Origin: Rhynchobatus australiae
Taxonomy: Eukaryota
Assembly: GCA_034780895.1 (NCBI GenBank)
Contig: JAUZTB010000033.1
Span: forward strand, 28,715,335-28,779,334
Length of the DNA stretch: 64,000 nucleotides
Direction: 5' to 3'
Made by a program: the position numbers and the translations under genes. Of this stretch, positions 26,215 to 38,149 are shown piece after piece. The notes below the pieces were generated by a model. That model had not been told where the DNA came from and searched no databases. It was given only the letters and a program-made list of their open reading frames with translations. How positions within the stretch are numbered: the stretch's first letter is position 1; each line of letters begins with the position of its first letter.

Positions 26215-26443
26215 AGATATCTTTATCAGTCACGTGTACATTAAAACACACAGTGAAATGCATCTTTGCGCAGAGTGTTCTGGGGGCAGCCCACAAGTGT
26301 CGCCACGCTTCCGGTGCAAACATAGCATACTCACAACTTTTTAACCCATGCGTCTTGGGAATGTGGGAGGAAACCCACGCAGACACAGGGAGAACGTACA
26401 AATTTCTTACAGACAGCAGTCAGAATTGAACCCACCGTGTGCC
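26215..26443 (-). mobile_element. V-SINE with Rex1-like 3' tail and deleted A-box region
   Basis: Minus strand GGCACACGGTG-GGTTCAATTC-TGACTGCTGTCTGTAAGAAATTTGTACGTTCTCCCTGTGTCTGCGTGGGTTTCCTCCCACATTCCCAAGAC; tail TTTCACTGTGTGTTTTAATGTACACGTGACTGATAAA resembles Rex1 tails at 19478 and 56989. Confidence 0.85.
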
Positions 26444-26453
26444 TCAAAGTGAT

Positions 26454-26526
26454 CACCCAAACAGAGACTTGAACCCTGGACCCTCAGATTAAAAGTCTGA
26501 TGCTCTACCCACTGAACTATGCAGGC
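26454..26526 (-). tRNA. tRNA-Lys(UUU) copy, probably a pseudogene
   Basis: GCCTGCATAGTTCAGTGGGTAGAGCATCAGACTTTTAATCTGAGGGTCCAGGGTTCAAGTCTCTGTTTGGGTG, 73 nt, 7 differences from the recalled vertebrate tRNA-Lys-TTT. Anticodon arm intact; acceptor stem weakened; no CCA and no T4 terminator immediately downstream. Confidence 0.9.
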
Positions 26527-27239
26527 TCTACTAAATTATCTGGGCCCTTATACTCCTTAAACTTATCAGTAGCATGGAAGGCCTGGAGCAAAATTAAATT
26601 AGACAATGCAGTTTGCTGTTGAAAACCCTGATTTTGAATCATTACTAATTTTCTAAACAAATTGCATTGCATGCTGCACAAAAACATGATGCAATGCAAT
26701 TCATAATTTCCATAAATAAGCTTTGCTTAAAGGATTGTCTCCCTCTTGTGGAGCATTGAATAATTTAGTTTTATTCCCTTCTGAACTGCATGTATACTGC
26801 TGAAAGCCTGTTCGTCACCAACATCAGAACATTCACAGAGCACCCTTCTTTTTCCCAATAGTGACAGGAATAATTTGGCTCCTATACACCTCTCGAACCC
26901 ATAGGAAAGTAGTGTTTGGTCACGATTTTCTGTTGGTCCTTAATAGCCTGGTGAGAATGGATGTTGGTACTTTAGTGGGTGTAGAAACTACAAGACCAGC
27001 AGTATTATTTTCTAAGGTGATTTGCTGCAAGTTTTAAGTTATGGGGATCAGACACTGTGATTAGTGAACTGAAGGCTTTATAAAGATTTCATCCCAAGCG
27101 AATGCAATTGTGCTTCTCTGCTATGGCTGGGGTTAGAGTGGTTACTGCAATAGACTTCCAAATCGCAACCTTGGCCTCAGATAAGCTAGTAAGAAGGAAA
27201 TATCCTTGGCAACCTGCAGGTAGAGAAACAGGAATCTTA

Positions 27240-28630
27240 AGAGTATGAAGGAAATTACTGGAGAGGATTCTTAGGGATAGGATCCACTTGCATCTGAATA
27301 AAACAGGAAATATCATTATGGCTTTGTGCAGGGAGGATCTGTCTTACAAACTTGATTGAGTTTTTTTGAGGAGATGATGAAGATGATTGATGAGGGGAGG
27401 ACAGTAGTTGTTGTATACATGATCTTTAATAAAGCTCTCAACAAGGTCCCACATGGTAAGCTGATCCAGAAGATGGGATCCATGGAGACTTGGTAAATTG
27501 GATCCAAAGTTGGCTTTGCCATAGAAGACAAAGGCTAGTGATGGAGGGGCATTATTCTGACTGGNNNNNNNNNNNNNNNNNNNNNNNNNNNNNNNNNNNN
27601 NNNNNNNNNNNNNNNNNNNNNNNNNNNNNNNNNNNNNNNNNNNNNNNNNNNNNNNNNNNNNNNNCCAGTGTTGTTCCACAAGGATTAGTGCTGGGACTTC
27701 TGCTGTTTATGACATATATAAATGATTTGGATGAAAATGCAGATAAGGTGATCAGTAAGTTTGCAGATGACACAAAAATTGGCGGAGTTGTCGATAATGA
27801 GGAAGGTTGTCAAAGGATTCAGCCGGATATAGATAAACTGGAAATGTGGACAGAAATGGGAAGATAGAGGTTAATCCAGACAAGCATGAGGCGTTGCACT
27901 TTGGGAGGTCAAATGCAAGAAGAGAAGCATACAAGTAAATGGCAGGAAGCTTGGAACGTGAATGTACAGAGGGATCTTGGGGTGCAAGTCCATAGCTCCC
28001 TGAAAGTACCAACACAAGTAGAAGGGGTGGAAAAGGCAGCGTACAGCATACCTGCCTTCATCAGTCAGGGTGCTGAATATAGAAGATGGAAAGTCATGTT
28101 GAAGCTTTATAAAGCTTTGGCTTGGCCACCTTTGTAGTACTGTGTGAAATTCTGGTTGCTGCATTACAGGAAGGATGTGGAGGCTTTGGAGATGGTGCAG
28201 AAGAGGTTCACCTGGATTAGAGATAAGGAGAGGGTGGACAAACTTGGACTGTTTTCTCTTGAGCATTGGAGGCTGAGGGACAACCTGATCGAAGAATATA
28301 AAATTATGAGAGGCAGAAATAGTGTAGATAATCAGAGTCTTATCCCAGGATGGAAATGTCAAATACAAGAGGGCATAGCTTTAAGGCTGGAGAAGTAAAG
28401 TTTAAAGGAGATTTATGAGACAAGGTTTTTTTTGCATGAGGAGTGGTAAATGCCTGGAACTTGCTGCCGGGGGAAGTGGTGGAAGCAAAAATGATAGCAA
28501 CATTTAAGAGGCACGTGGAGAGGAGGAGAATGGAGGGATATGGACCATGTGCAGGCAGATGGGATTAGTTTGCATTGGCATCATGATTGGCATAGAGAAC
28601 TGGCTGTACTCTTCCTGTGCTGTGCTGTTC
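27240..28630 (+). mobile_element. CR1 LINE (RT to 3' end), pseudogenised
   Basis: KLLERILRDRI, VVPQGLVLGLLLFMTYINDLD...SKFADDTKIGGVV, RDLGVQVHSSLK, LKLYKALAWPPL, RKDVEALEMVQKRFT, then 3' UTR. Confidence 0.95.
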
Positions 28631-29478
28631 AATGCAAGAAGGTGCAGGAAGATTATGCTGATTTTTACTTTCTATTCAATCTGAGATGCAGCAGACATGC
28701 AGCCAGGGAAACTAGAAAGGGTTTCCAATATGTAATAGAAGCTGGGTCGTTAGTGACACCTAAGTGTACGTCTCCTGCAGCTGCCAAGTTGGAGATGTGG
28801 TGAAGGTGGTGAGGGATGTGAGGTGTGAGAGGAAGGAATGGGTGGATTGTGGCGAGAGGAGCAGTTTGGACAGCACAGTCCTGAATGCAGACCATCAGGC
28901 AGGGAATAAATTTCAACTCAACTTGAAACTAGTGCGAAACTGACAGGGTGGGATCAACCATCTGTTTCACACTCTGCCAATCTAATTCTGCATCAATTGA
29001 CTTTGGAAACATTTTACACACAGCCAATCTGATCCTGTCAGTTCCTCCAGTCAGTCCAATTAAAGTTGTTGTCGGAAGTAAAACATATAGATCATTACAC
29101 AACCACTCCCAAAACTGCAAAAACATTTCTATTCGAAGAGACACAAACAAAATCGATACCAAAATCCGTCCCCAAGATGAATTCAGAAAAAGCTCTTCAA
29201 AATCAATTCCATGAAATTCACTTTGCAGCATTGTCTTGAGCTGCAGAGGTACTTTGGGTGCAAGATTCTCACTGCCAATTTGGGAATAATGTTTTTATTC
29301 TAACCTTAACCCAGCTTTATAGTTTATAAATGCATTAAAATATTCAACAAGTTAACAATGTTGTCTTGGTTTTATAGANNNNNNNNNNNNNNNNNNNNNN
29401 NNNNNNNNNNNNNNNNNNNNNNNNNNNNNNNNNNNNNNNNNNNNNNNNNNNNNNNNNNNNNNNNNNNNNNNNNNNNNN

Positions 29479-29720
29479 CACTGGTCTATAATTCCCTGGA
29501 CTATCCCTACTACCTTTTTTGAATAAGGGGACTACATTTGCCACCCTCCAATCCTCCGGTACCATTCCCGTAGACAACGAGGACTCAAAGATCCTAGCCA
29601 AAGGCTCAGCAATATCCTCCCTCACCTTGTGGAGCAGCCTGGGGAATATTCTGTCAGGTCCCAGGGACTTACCTGTTCTAATATTTTCTAACAGCGCCAA
29701 CACATCCTTTCACTTGATAT
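29479..29720 (-). mobile_element. CR1 ORF2 fragment (relatively well preserved)
   Basis: GKSLGPDRIFPRLL...IAEPLARIFESSLSTGMVPEDWRVANVVPLFKKGSRDSPGNYRPV; runs into a gap. Confidence 0.95.
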
Positions 29721-30221
29721 CAACATATGTTTTCTTGAAAAATATACCTGACCCTAACCTTATGACATATGTTTGGGTCCAAGTGGAATCAATTCAGATA
29801 GCCAGTCACTCAGCAGTGTGGTGCAGATAATGATAGGACACAAGTCAACCTGATGACAGTTAGAATAATAAGACAAATTAGAATATTCTTAAATATTTGC
29901 AGTGCATGATAACCTCTTAAAATAAAACAAGTTTGAGATGTGCTTCAATATGATAATATATTTTAGATCTGACAGGACTGTGCACCACTCAAGCTATTTA
30001 AGGAACCATTTCTAATCTTAAAATTACAGCCTAAATGTTTATATAACTCTTGATAATACAGAAATTCCATCTTTATAAAACAGTTGAAATAAAGCCCATT
30101 TTTTTTCCAAGAAGCCAACACACTATCCAATTGATAGCCAACATCTGTAAATTCAAGCCCACAAGTTTGCAAGCTCACCATGTAAACAATAGCCATATTC
30201 CCCAACCATGGAAATTTCAAA

Positions 30222-30423
30222 AAAAACTGCAGAAGCTGGAATATCTGGATGAAAAACATTATGATGCTGGAGGAACTCACAGGCCAGGCAGCATTTTGGG
30301 TCAAGAACCTGCTTCAGTCCTTTCTTCAGAAGAAGGGTCCTGACCTGAAACATTGACCACCTGCTTTTCTCTACAGATGCTGCCTGGCCTGCTGAGTTCC
30401 TCCAGCTTCATAGCATTTTTCAT
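30222..30423. mobile_element. Penelope-derived hairpin element
   Basis: ATGAAAAAC..ATGATGCTGGAGGAACTCACAGGCCAGGCAGCAT and ATGCTGCCTGGCCTGCTGAGTTCCTCCAGCTTCATAGCATTTTTCAT form inverted arms around a degenerate hammerhead-like core (CAGAAGAAGGGTCCTGACCTGAAACATTGAC). Confidence 0.8.
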
Positions 30424-30565
30424 AGAAATTTCATATTGATTGTGTTGGTTAAAGAAATGTTTTACAAAACAAAAGCATTAGAATTATTTACTATATGTTA
30501 TTTGTAAGCTAAATACAACACGGTGTGGTATCATTTGTAAAATTACTAAACATATTTCTAATGAA

Positions 30566-31125
30566 AATGCCTAAACTGCCTGCGTTTTCCAAGATGTGAA
30601 ATTCCACTAAAAAAAAATCGATGTTGAGAAATGGAAAGTGATGTATAAAAGGTAATAGGAATGTCAACCATAGCTTTATCGTGAAAAGCATATCATTAAA
30701 AAAGTAAATGGAACTGGAACAAGATGTTATTGATTACCTGCTGAAAGTGTCATCAAATTGTACCATAGCAGAAGGTAAAGTATGTCAAATGCTAAGACAT
30801 AATAGAAACATAAAAATTAAATATATTGAGTATAAGGATATAAAGCAAATAATCCAAATCATTAGTGCCGTCACATGTAAAGCAATGTTTGCACTCAACG
30901 TGAACAAACTTTGAGATATCAAAGTGAATTCAAAGAAGGTCAACAAAAGGTTTAACATTTTTAAAGGCCATGGAATACAATTACAGGCTTGTGGAAACAA
31001 ATCTGTTTTCATTGTAAAGAGATAGTTCTGACAGAACGTCAATAAATACTAAAATCAAGGTGACAAAGTGGGTAAGAGAAAGCTCTGTGTGAGAAGGCTA
31101 TGGAAAACTAATGGTCAAAATTAAA
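30566..31125 (+). mobile_element. Ancient AT-rich CR1 RT C-terminal fragment, copy A
   Basis: IDVEKWKVMY (cf. FNxEKCKVMH), LLKVSSNCTIAEGKVCQML, KSLVPSHV (cf. KSLVRPHL), IQRRSTK; aligns with copy B at 36030. Confidence 0.7.
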
Positions 31126-32529
31126 ATGCACGTTATTTTCTTAAACCACTGGTAAACCAGCCATCCTCAGCACCCATCTTTTACAGTGTAATGAGAGACT
31201 TATGTCACCAATGATCTCCAGATTAACTTTGCATTCACCTTACTTTCATCCCCTGATGGGAATTTGCCAAGATGAAGATTGTCAGGTCATGTACGGCAAC
31301 AACCTTCGCAGCTGAAAGTGGGGGGATGGGGAGGAAAGAGTCAGTGGGGGTTGCACATCACACCCCACCAATGAAATACCCCAGCTTAATCAGCTGTCAA
31401 ATTTGTCAAGATGCATATTTTTGTCATTCAAAAATATTCAGAACTATTAAATACTAATCAAGCTATTAAAAATATCGTAAAAGCATTAAGAAAGAAAACC
31501 AAGAAAACAGACATTTAAAAGCATTAAAACAATTATTTAAAAGAAACCTAGAATACTACTGTAATCCTTTGCAGTTGTTCCTCATTGAATTAACCAAAGA
31601 GAAGTCTCTGCATCAGGTCTAACCTGGCACAGCTGGTGAAGCAGATAACCCAACGACTGTACCATGGAGACCAACAAAGGAGCATAATCATAGAAATTGC
31701 CACAATCTTNNNTCAGGAAGTTTGGGATTTCTACATTTACACATGTATGTGGGAATGGTGAATTTTCTGGAATTTCCCGACAAATCGACCCCATGATTTC
31801 ATTTCCCATGTATTTAATTTTCAGGTCACAAATCTTTTGATTTTTAATATGACATCATCTGTGATTCCATATCAATTAATTTAAATGTTTGAAGTAAATC
31901 CACATTAGAACATATTATATATGTTGAGATTCAGCTGTTGTGGAAAGGGATTACCAAAACTGAGATGATAAAACTAAAGATTACATTTAATACATTTGCC
32001 TAGCTGATTGAATTGCTGTGCTATTTAAGGTTAACCATGGGCTTTGCAAACTTTTATTTTGACAGTTTAATTAGCCACTATCTGTTTACAGTACCATTTG
32101 AATATCTCCGTTGGCAGTGCTCACAGGAGGAAGCTTCATATCAATGAGCTGTTTTGCTCAGTAGTAATTTAAGGGAGATCAATTTAACATTGGACTAAGC
32201 GTTGGTTCTAAGAAACTGGACCATAATACTGGAACTGGTGTCTCGGTATCTGGGTTTGTTGGTGGAGGGGTAAAGTAGATGGTAAGGTTGATTTGAGGCT
32301 CACTTTAAATCTTAAGTTCCAGAATAATTAGAAATGAAATCCAAGAATCTTGCAATGCTGGGAGTGGTCAGACACCACTGATACAATGGTTGGGACCCCA
32401 GGATTTCAGGGAGTGAAAACTTAAGGAAAACTCAGGTGGAATTCAAACTTACAAACATTGGATGGAGTTGAACCAGATTAGTGAATTGGATGGGATGTGC
32501 ACACTAGTTGGGTGGGATCTGATAGTGTC

Positions 32530-34380
32530 AGGAGAGGTAGCATAGTGNNNNNNNNNNTTATATTACCGGAGGAGCCATCCAGAGGCTTGGACTAATGATC
32601 CAGAATCAGGAGTCTAAATCCTACCATGGTAGCTGCGAGAATATAAATTTATTTAATTAACTTTTTTTAAAGGAAAGCTGATATCAGTAACAGTGAGCAT
32701 TAAATTAACAGTCTGTTTTAAAATCCCATCCAATTCAGTAAGGCCCTTTAAGAATTTATATCTGCCACTCTTACCTCCTCTTGCCATATTAATGTGGTTG
32801 AGTCCTACCTTCCACTGAAATTACTTAGCAAGCCATTCAGCTGTTTCAAATCTACTAGATTAAATCATAATAAGAATGAAACCGTACGCACCACCTCACT
32901 TTGACCTAAGCATTGGATCCAAACACAAGTCCCAGAATAGTTGACCTTGCAAAAGCTACCTCATGAACATCTGGAGACTGGCGTCAAATAGAAGTGGCAA
33001 ATAGTTTATCCAACTTGACTTACTCTGAAGCCTCCCACTGTCAGAGAGATTCCATTGAATATCAGAAGATGGCTGAGAACACCAGATGCAGCAAAGGCTA
33101 TGGGACTAGACAGCATCCTGGCTGTAAGAATGAAGACTTGGCCTACTGATCTCACCACATCTCTAGCCTAACAGTCCCAGTATAGTGACAACACTGGTAT
33201 CTACCCAACCGTGTGGAAGTTTGCCCTAACATATCCCAATCACAAAAGCAGGGCAAATTCAATCTGGCTAATTACTATCCAATCAGCCTACTTTTAATCA
33301 TCAACAAGATGACGGATGGTGATGAATGGCAGTTCTATGAAGCAGCACTTATGTACCAATAACCTGCTCACCAATGCCCAGTTTGGATTTAACTAGGACC
33401 ACTCAGCTCCAGACCTTATCAGTCTCAGTCTCAGCATGGATCAAAGAGCTGAATTCCAGAGGCGATGTGATTAGCTGCCCCGACATCAAGTCAACATTTG
33501 ACTTACTATGGCAGCACAGAGCCCTGGTAAAACTGAAATCAAAGGGGAAAATACTTCAGTGCTTGGAGCCATACTTTGTACAATGGAAAATGGCTGTGGA
33601 TGTTGGAGGACAATCATCCCAATACTGCAAGAGCTCCCTGGGGCAGTACTCAAGGACAAATCATCTTCAACTGTGTCATGAATAAATTTTCTTCCAAATA
33701 GGCTCAAAGGTTGGAAGTGAGATCACTGATTACACAATGCCCAATTCCATTCAAGAAGAACAGACCACACCTGTATGGTGTAAGACCGAGACAATACTGA
33801 GGCAGAGGCTGATAAATGGAAAATAATATTCCCACCATATCAACATCAGAAAAAGACCAGCTCCAACAAAAGAGAGTCTAACCAGCTATCTTTGACGTTC
33901 AATAACATTTCATCATCAGGTTCCCCACAATCAATATTTGGGCGGTCACCTCTNNNNNNNNNNNNNNNNNNNNNNNNNNNNNNNNNNNNNNNNNNNNNNN
34001 NNNNNNNNNNNNNNNNNNNNNNNNNNNNNNNNNNNNNNNNNNNNNNNNNNNNNNNNNNNNNNNNNNNNNNNNNNNNNNNNNNNNNNNNNNNNNNNNNNNN
34101 NNNNNNGAATGGAGTTCCACAATATTCAAACAACTCAATACCATCCAAGACAAATCAGCCAGTTTGGCTGGTACCCCATCCACCAACCTCAACATTACCT
34201 TAATCATCAGCTCAGCATGGGGTAAGTTTTCCCCATTTACAACATGCTTTACAGTTATTTATTCAGATCTTCCAAACCCCTGGCCTTTCTGACCAAGTAG
34301 GTCAAAGTCATTAGGCACACAGAAACACCTCCACATGCAGGTTTCCTCCAAGTTACATACAAAATAATTGCAGTAACTTC
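32530..34380 (+). mobile_element. CR1-group LINE (tentatively Zenon-like) with a tRNA-like 5' head, decayed
   Basis: Head with A-box-like TAGCATAGTG and B-box-like GAGTCTAAATCC; RT region KAMGLDSILA, NTGIYPTVWKFA, NLANYYPISLL, NNLLTNAQFGF, WIKELNSRGDV, DIKSTFDLLWQHRALVKLKS. Confidence 0.8.
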
Positions 34381-34857
34381 AATTGCTGCTCACAATCTCA
34401 TTTGCTGATGTTTAGTACTGTATCATCTTGGTGAATATATACTGTGTGCAGTCTATCATATTAAAATCTAGTAAAAGAACTTTTATTTAAATTCACTCAG
34501 CCTTGATTCAGCTTGATTGCCCCAGAATTTAGGACAATAATGAACTGCTTACACTCCCCATTGAAGAACATTAGAAGTTCCCAATTTACTGGCACTGTTT
34601 CCCCAGTGGGAACTACCTGAAAAAAAGTGGCACCAATCCTCAAAATCAAGGTCCCATGTGATGGCAGGGTCTTCCACAACATTATGGCATCACATGGCAG
34701 AGAGGAGAACTGGAACAGACGTTCCTTGCCCACAAAGCAGCTGAGATAACTTTGACAGGAGGCCAAGTTGCTACACTGGCCCAGCCAGCACTCAAAGATA
34801 TAAAGCTCAACATTCAGAAACATTAAAATATCTAATGTATTTTAATATTTTTACTAG

Positions 34858-34912
34858 AGAAATAAAGGACTGCAGATGCTGGAATCTAGATGAAAAACAC
34901 AATGATGATGCT
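34858..34912. mobile_element. Short Penelope-derived terminal fragment
   Basis: GACTGCAGATGCTGGAATCTAGATGAAAAACACAATGATG, same as the start of the 30222 element. Confidence 0.65.
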
Positions 34913-36029
34913 TTTTTTATAAAATAGTTAAAATACTGACAAAAGATCTTCAAACAATGAAATAAGCTCAAAATTAAAATAAAAATCTAAAACTACCAAT
35001 AATTTAGGTCTCAGAAATCCTTGAAAAATAATTCCTTGTCGGTAAGTTCAGGACTTCCATGTTCCCATAAGCAGGCAAGAAAATCCTAAACTTGCTGACA
35101 GTGATGCAGNNNNNNNNNNNNNNNNNNNNNNNNNNNNNNNNNNNNNNNNNNNNNNNNNNNNNNNNNNNNNNNNNNNNNNNNNNNNNNNNNNNNNNNNNNN
35201 NNNNNNNNNNACAATATTTAAAGCAGAGAAAGACTGCTTAAAAGACTTGTGAGAGAGAACAAATTGGTTTGTGATTGCTCTGGTGGAGAGCTTGCATAGT
35301 TACAACGAGGTACTCTTTTAATGTAAGTTTCTACACCATCTCTATTTTCTCAATTAATATGGTAACTTGAGTGTCAGAAAGTTTTAGCCTCTTTGTTGCT
35401 TCTGTTTGTGATACATCAGAAAACTAACCACATGATGGCGTCCTTGTAATGCCTATCTTCAAATGCAGATGCGATTGGCATTATATAACGACTACAGAAC
35501 CTGTGGTGGCACGTTAGTTTTGAGATAGTTAACAAAACCACCATCTCAGTCTCCTTCAATGCTTTAAAGCCACAAGTTTAGTAATTATTTCTTAGATTAC
35601 ATCTTAACTGTAAAAGAGGAAAGAATGCAGCCAGGATGACTTGCCCTCAGATAGAGAGAGTGCTTCAGTCAGAGGTTGTCTGCCTGATGTCTGTCAAGTG
35701 GACGTTCAAGGAGAAGAACAACCAGTCATTTTGAAGTGCACCAGCAATCTACCAGTGACATTCAGACTCCAAACAAGGGTTTTGGAGAAGCTCACTGGCT
35801 GCAAATGGGAGTAGTAGAGGCTCAGTCAGACTGTGTTATTCATTGACCAAAAGATGGAGGCAACAGGAAATCATTCGAGGGAAGATATTTCACCATGCAA
35901 TGATGATTTGTTGCCACCCCCCTCATACAGACTCTTCCTCTACTGTTGTTGTTTGTCACAGATGATTATACACAATTTTGTATGTATATCAATTGCTAAT
36001 AGCAACACAATTAATACATAAAGTAATAT

Positions 36030-36670
36030 AATGCCTAAACTGCAAGCAACTTTCTAGATCTTAAATTCCACTTAGAAAAATCAATATTGAGAAATGGAAG
36101 GTGATGTATAAAGGTAATAAAAGCATCAACCATGTCTCTATGGTGAAAGGCATGTCATTAAAAAAGTAAATGGAACAGGAAAAGGATTAAGATGTTATTG
36201 ATTAGCTGCTGAAAGTCTCATCAATTTACACAGAGCCCTGGCAAAGATGAACAGAATATTAGGGTCTAAAAAAACACAAAGGACATGATGCAAATACTCC
36301 AAATCATTGATGACGACACATTTGGAGCAATGTTTGTTAGCACTATGAACAAAATTTGAGATATCAAAATCAATTCAAAGAAGATCAACAAAAATGTCAG
36401 TTTTAAAGCCCATGATATACGATGATTAGCCTGAAGAACTAAAAATGTTTTATTGAAAGAAAAATGGATGCAGTATAGCATTGAGGGATACTAAAATCAA
36501 GGAGACAAATAAAATGGGTATAAAAAGCTGTGTGCCAACAGTCAAAGGAAAAATTGAAGTCCAAATTAAACTGAAAGTCATAATAATTTGGAGAGTTATG
36601 TACTCACATCTGGTATCACTATAGTATACTGCTAGCTAGTGGTTGAATCATTCAAAAAGAGAAAGATCCC
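36030..36670 (+). mobile_element. Ancient AT-rich CR1 RT C-terminal fragment, copy B
   Basis: KINIEKWKVMYKGNKSINH...EQEKD*DVI, KSLMTTHLEQC, IQRRSTK; colinear with copy A over ~550 bp. Confidence 0.7.
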
Positions 36671-38149
36671 TAATTCAACAAGACAATGATACATGCTCAG
36701 TGTAAAAACCACTAAAAATGAGAGTGCTACAGGTCAGTCATGGATATGAACTTGAAATTCAATGATTAAAGAATAAGGTCCATTCTTCATTGGCAATAAC
36801 AGACTTACATTGGATATTAATCTGATAATATTGCACTACTGTTTGGATTAACCTAGCATAAATCTAGGTGATTGGATTAAAACTAACAAGATAATATGAG
36901 ATGTTCCTTTATTAGAGTAAGAATTCATGACCTTACTAGGGCCAAGGTACTGGCCTTGTGTTAGAGGTAGTTTAAAATATAAGAGGGCAGAAAAGATATA
37001 CAGAGCTTGTTATGTCCTCTCTATATTCAGCACCATTCACTATGAGTTAATTACTTATGGAGCCATCAATTCTTTATGCTGGTAAAAGTAACAGTCAAAG
37101 CTTCACAAACAATAGAATGAGAAACAAATGTTATCTGTACCTTGGTGGAGTTGACAGAGGAATGTGCTCAAGACTTCAAAAGAACTTTTTGATTAACGTG
37201 ATTATGTCCAGATTTTCTGCACTGATGCTACAAGGGTGCTGGATTCACTCCAGCCTATTTTCTTGTATACAGAAAAAGTGAACTAATGCCAGAAGAGCCT
37301 TTGTCACATAAATGTGATGTCAAATTTGGTTCCACATCAAAAATCACAACAATTGGTAATGCCACATTTATATTCACACTCTTTGAATGAGTGTTAATCA
37401 AAGATAGGTGCCTCTCCTCAGTTTAAGAGGTTTGTGTTTTAAACTGCTCAATATTATTTTCCCAGTTTCACTTCTGCTGTAGATACCTTCTCAAGTTCAG
37501 AACTGTCATTCACTTCATCAGGTGATTGGAATATCTTACATTCGTGGGAATTAACTCACACTGTCTGGAATATATTTGTATAGTAACATAATTCAGGAAT
37601 ATAGTGATAATGTCCCATGTTAATGTGAGCAAAATTTGTGTATGCCTTTAGCTTCCTGAAAAGCAGACTCAGTTAATGGAGGTTTGGATCAAATTGTCAC
37701 ACTACAAGTTACTGGAATGATTGGAGTAAGAGATATGACCAGAAACGTTCTGCTGAATCAATAAAATTTATCCTTGTGTAATAACACAAAAATTGCCCAA
37801 GGCAACAGGAAACTTCATCTCCCTCCAATCTCTCCTCTTCAACTTATCATAGAATGTTGGTGCCTGGTTGTCTCCCTCCATTACAGCTTTTTCTAATTTT
37901 TGTCAGCTTTCAAACAGTCCATATCACTACAGGAGAATTCACCAGTCCACCTAGGCAATGACCTCTACTGAGTTCACATAAACAGAACTGTTGCAGCAGG
38001 ACTGATATTGCTCAGCACCTGAATATCAATCTAATTTGCACCACACTGGCTCATTGCCTCCCCTGAAGTCCAATATTTAGTTGTAATTACTGATACTTCT
38101 CGAATTCAAGTATAACAATACTTATTACAACAAGGTATTGCAGCTTTTA

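Noticed and set aside
30566-30640. Idea that the 30.6 kb / 36.0 kb duplicates are mutually exclusive exons on the minus strand
   Set aside because: The plus strand translates to recognisable CR1 RT motifs and no matching GT donors are present.
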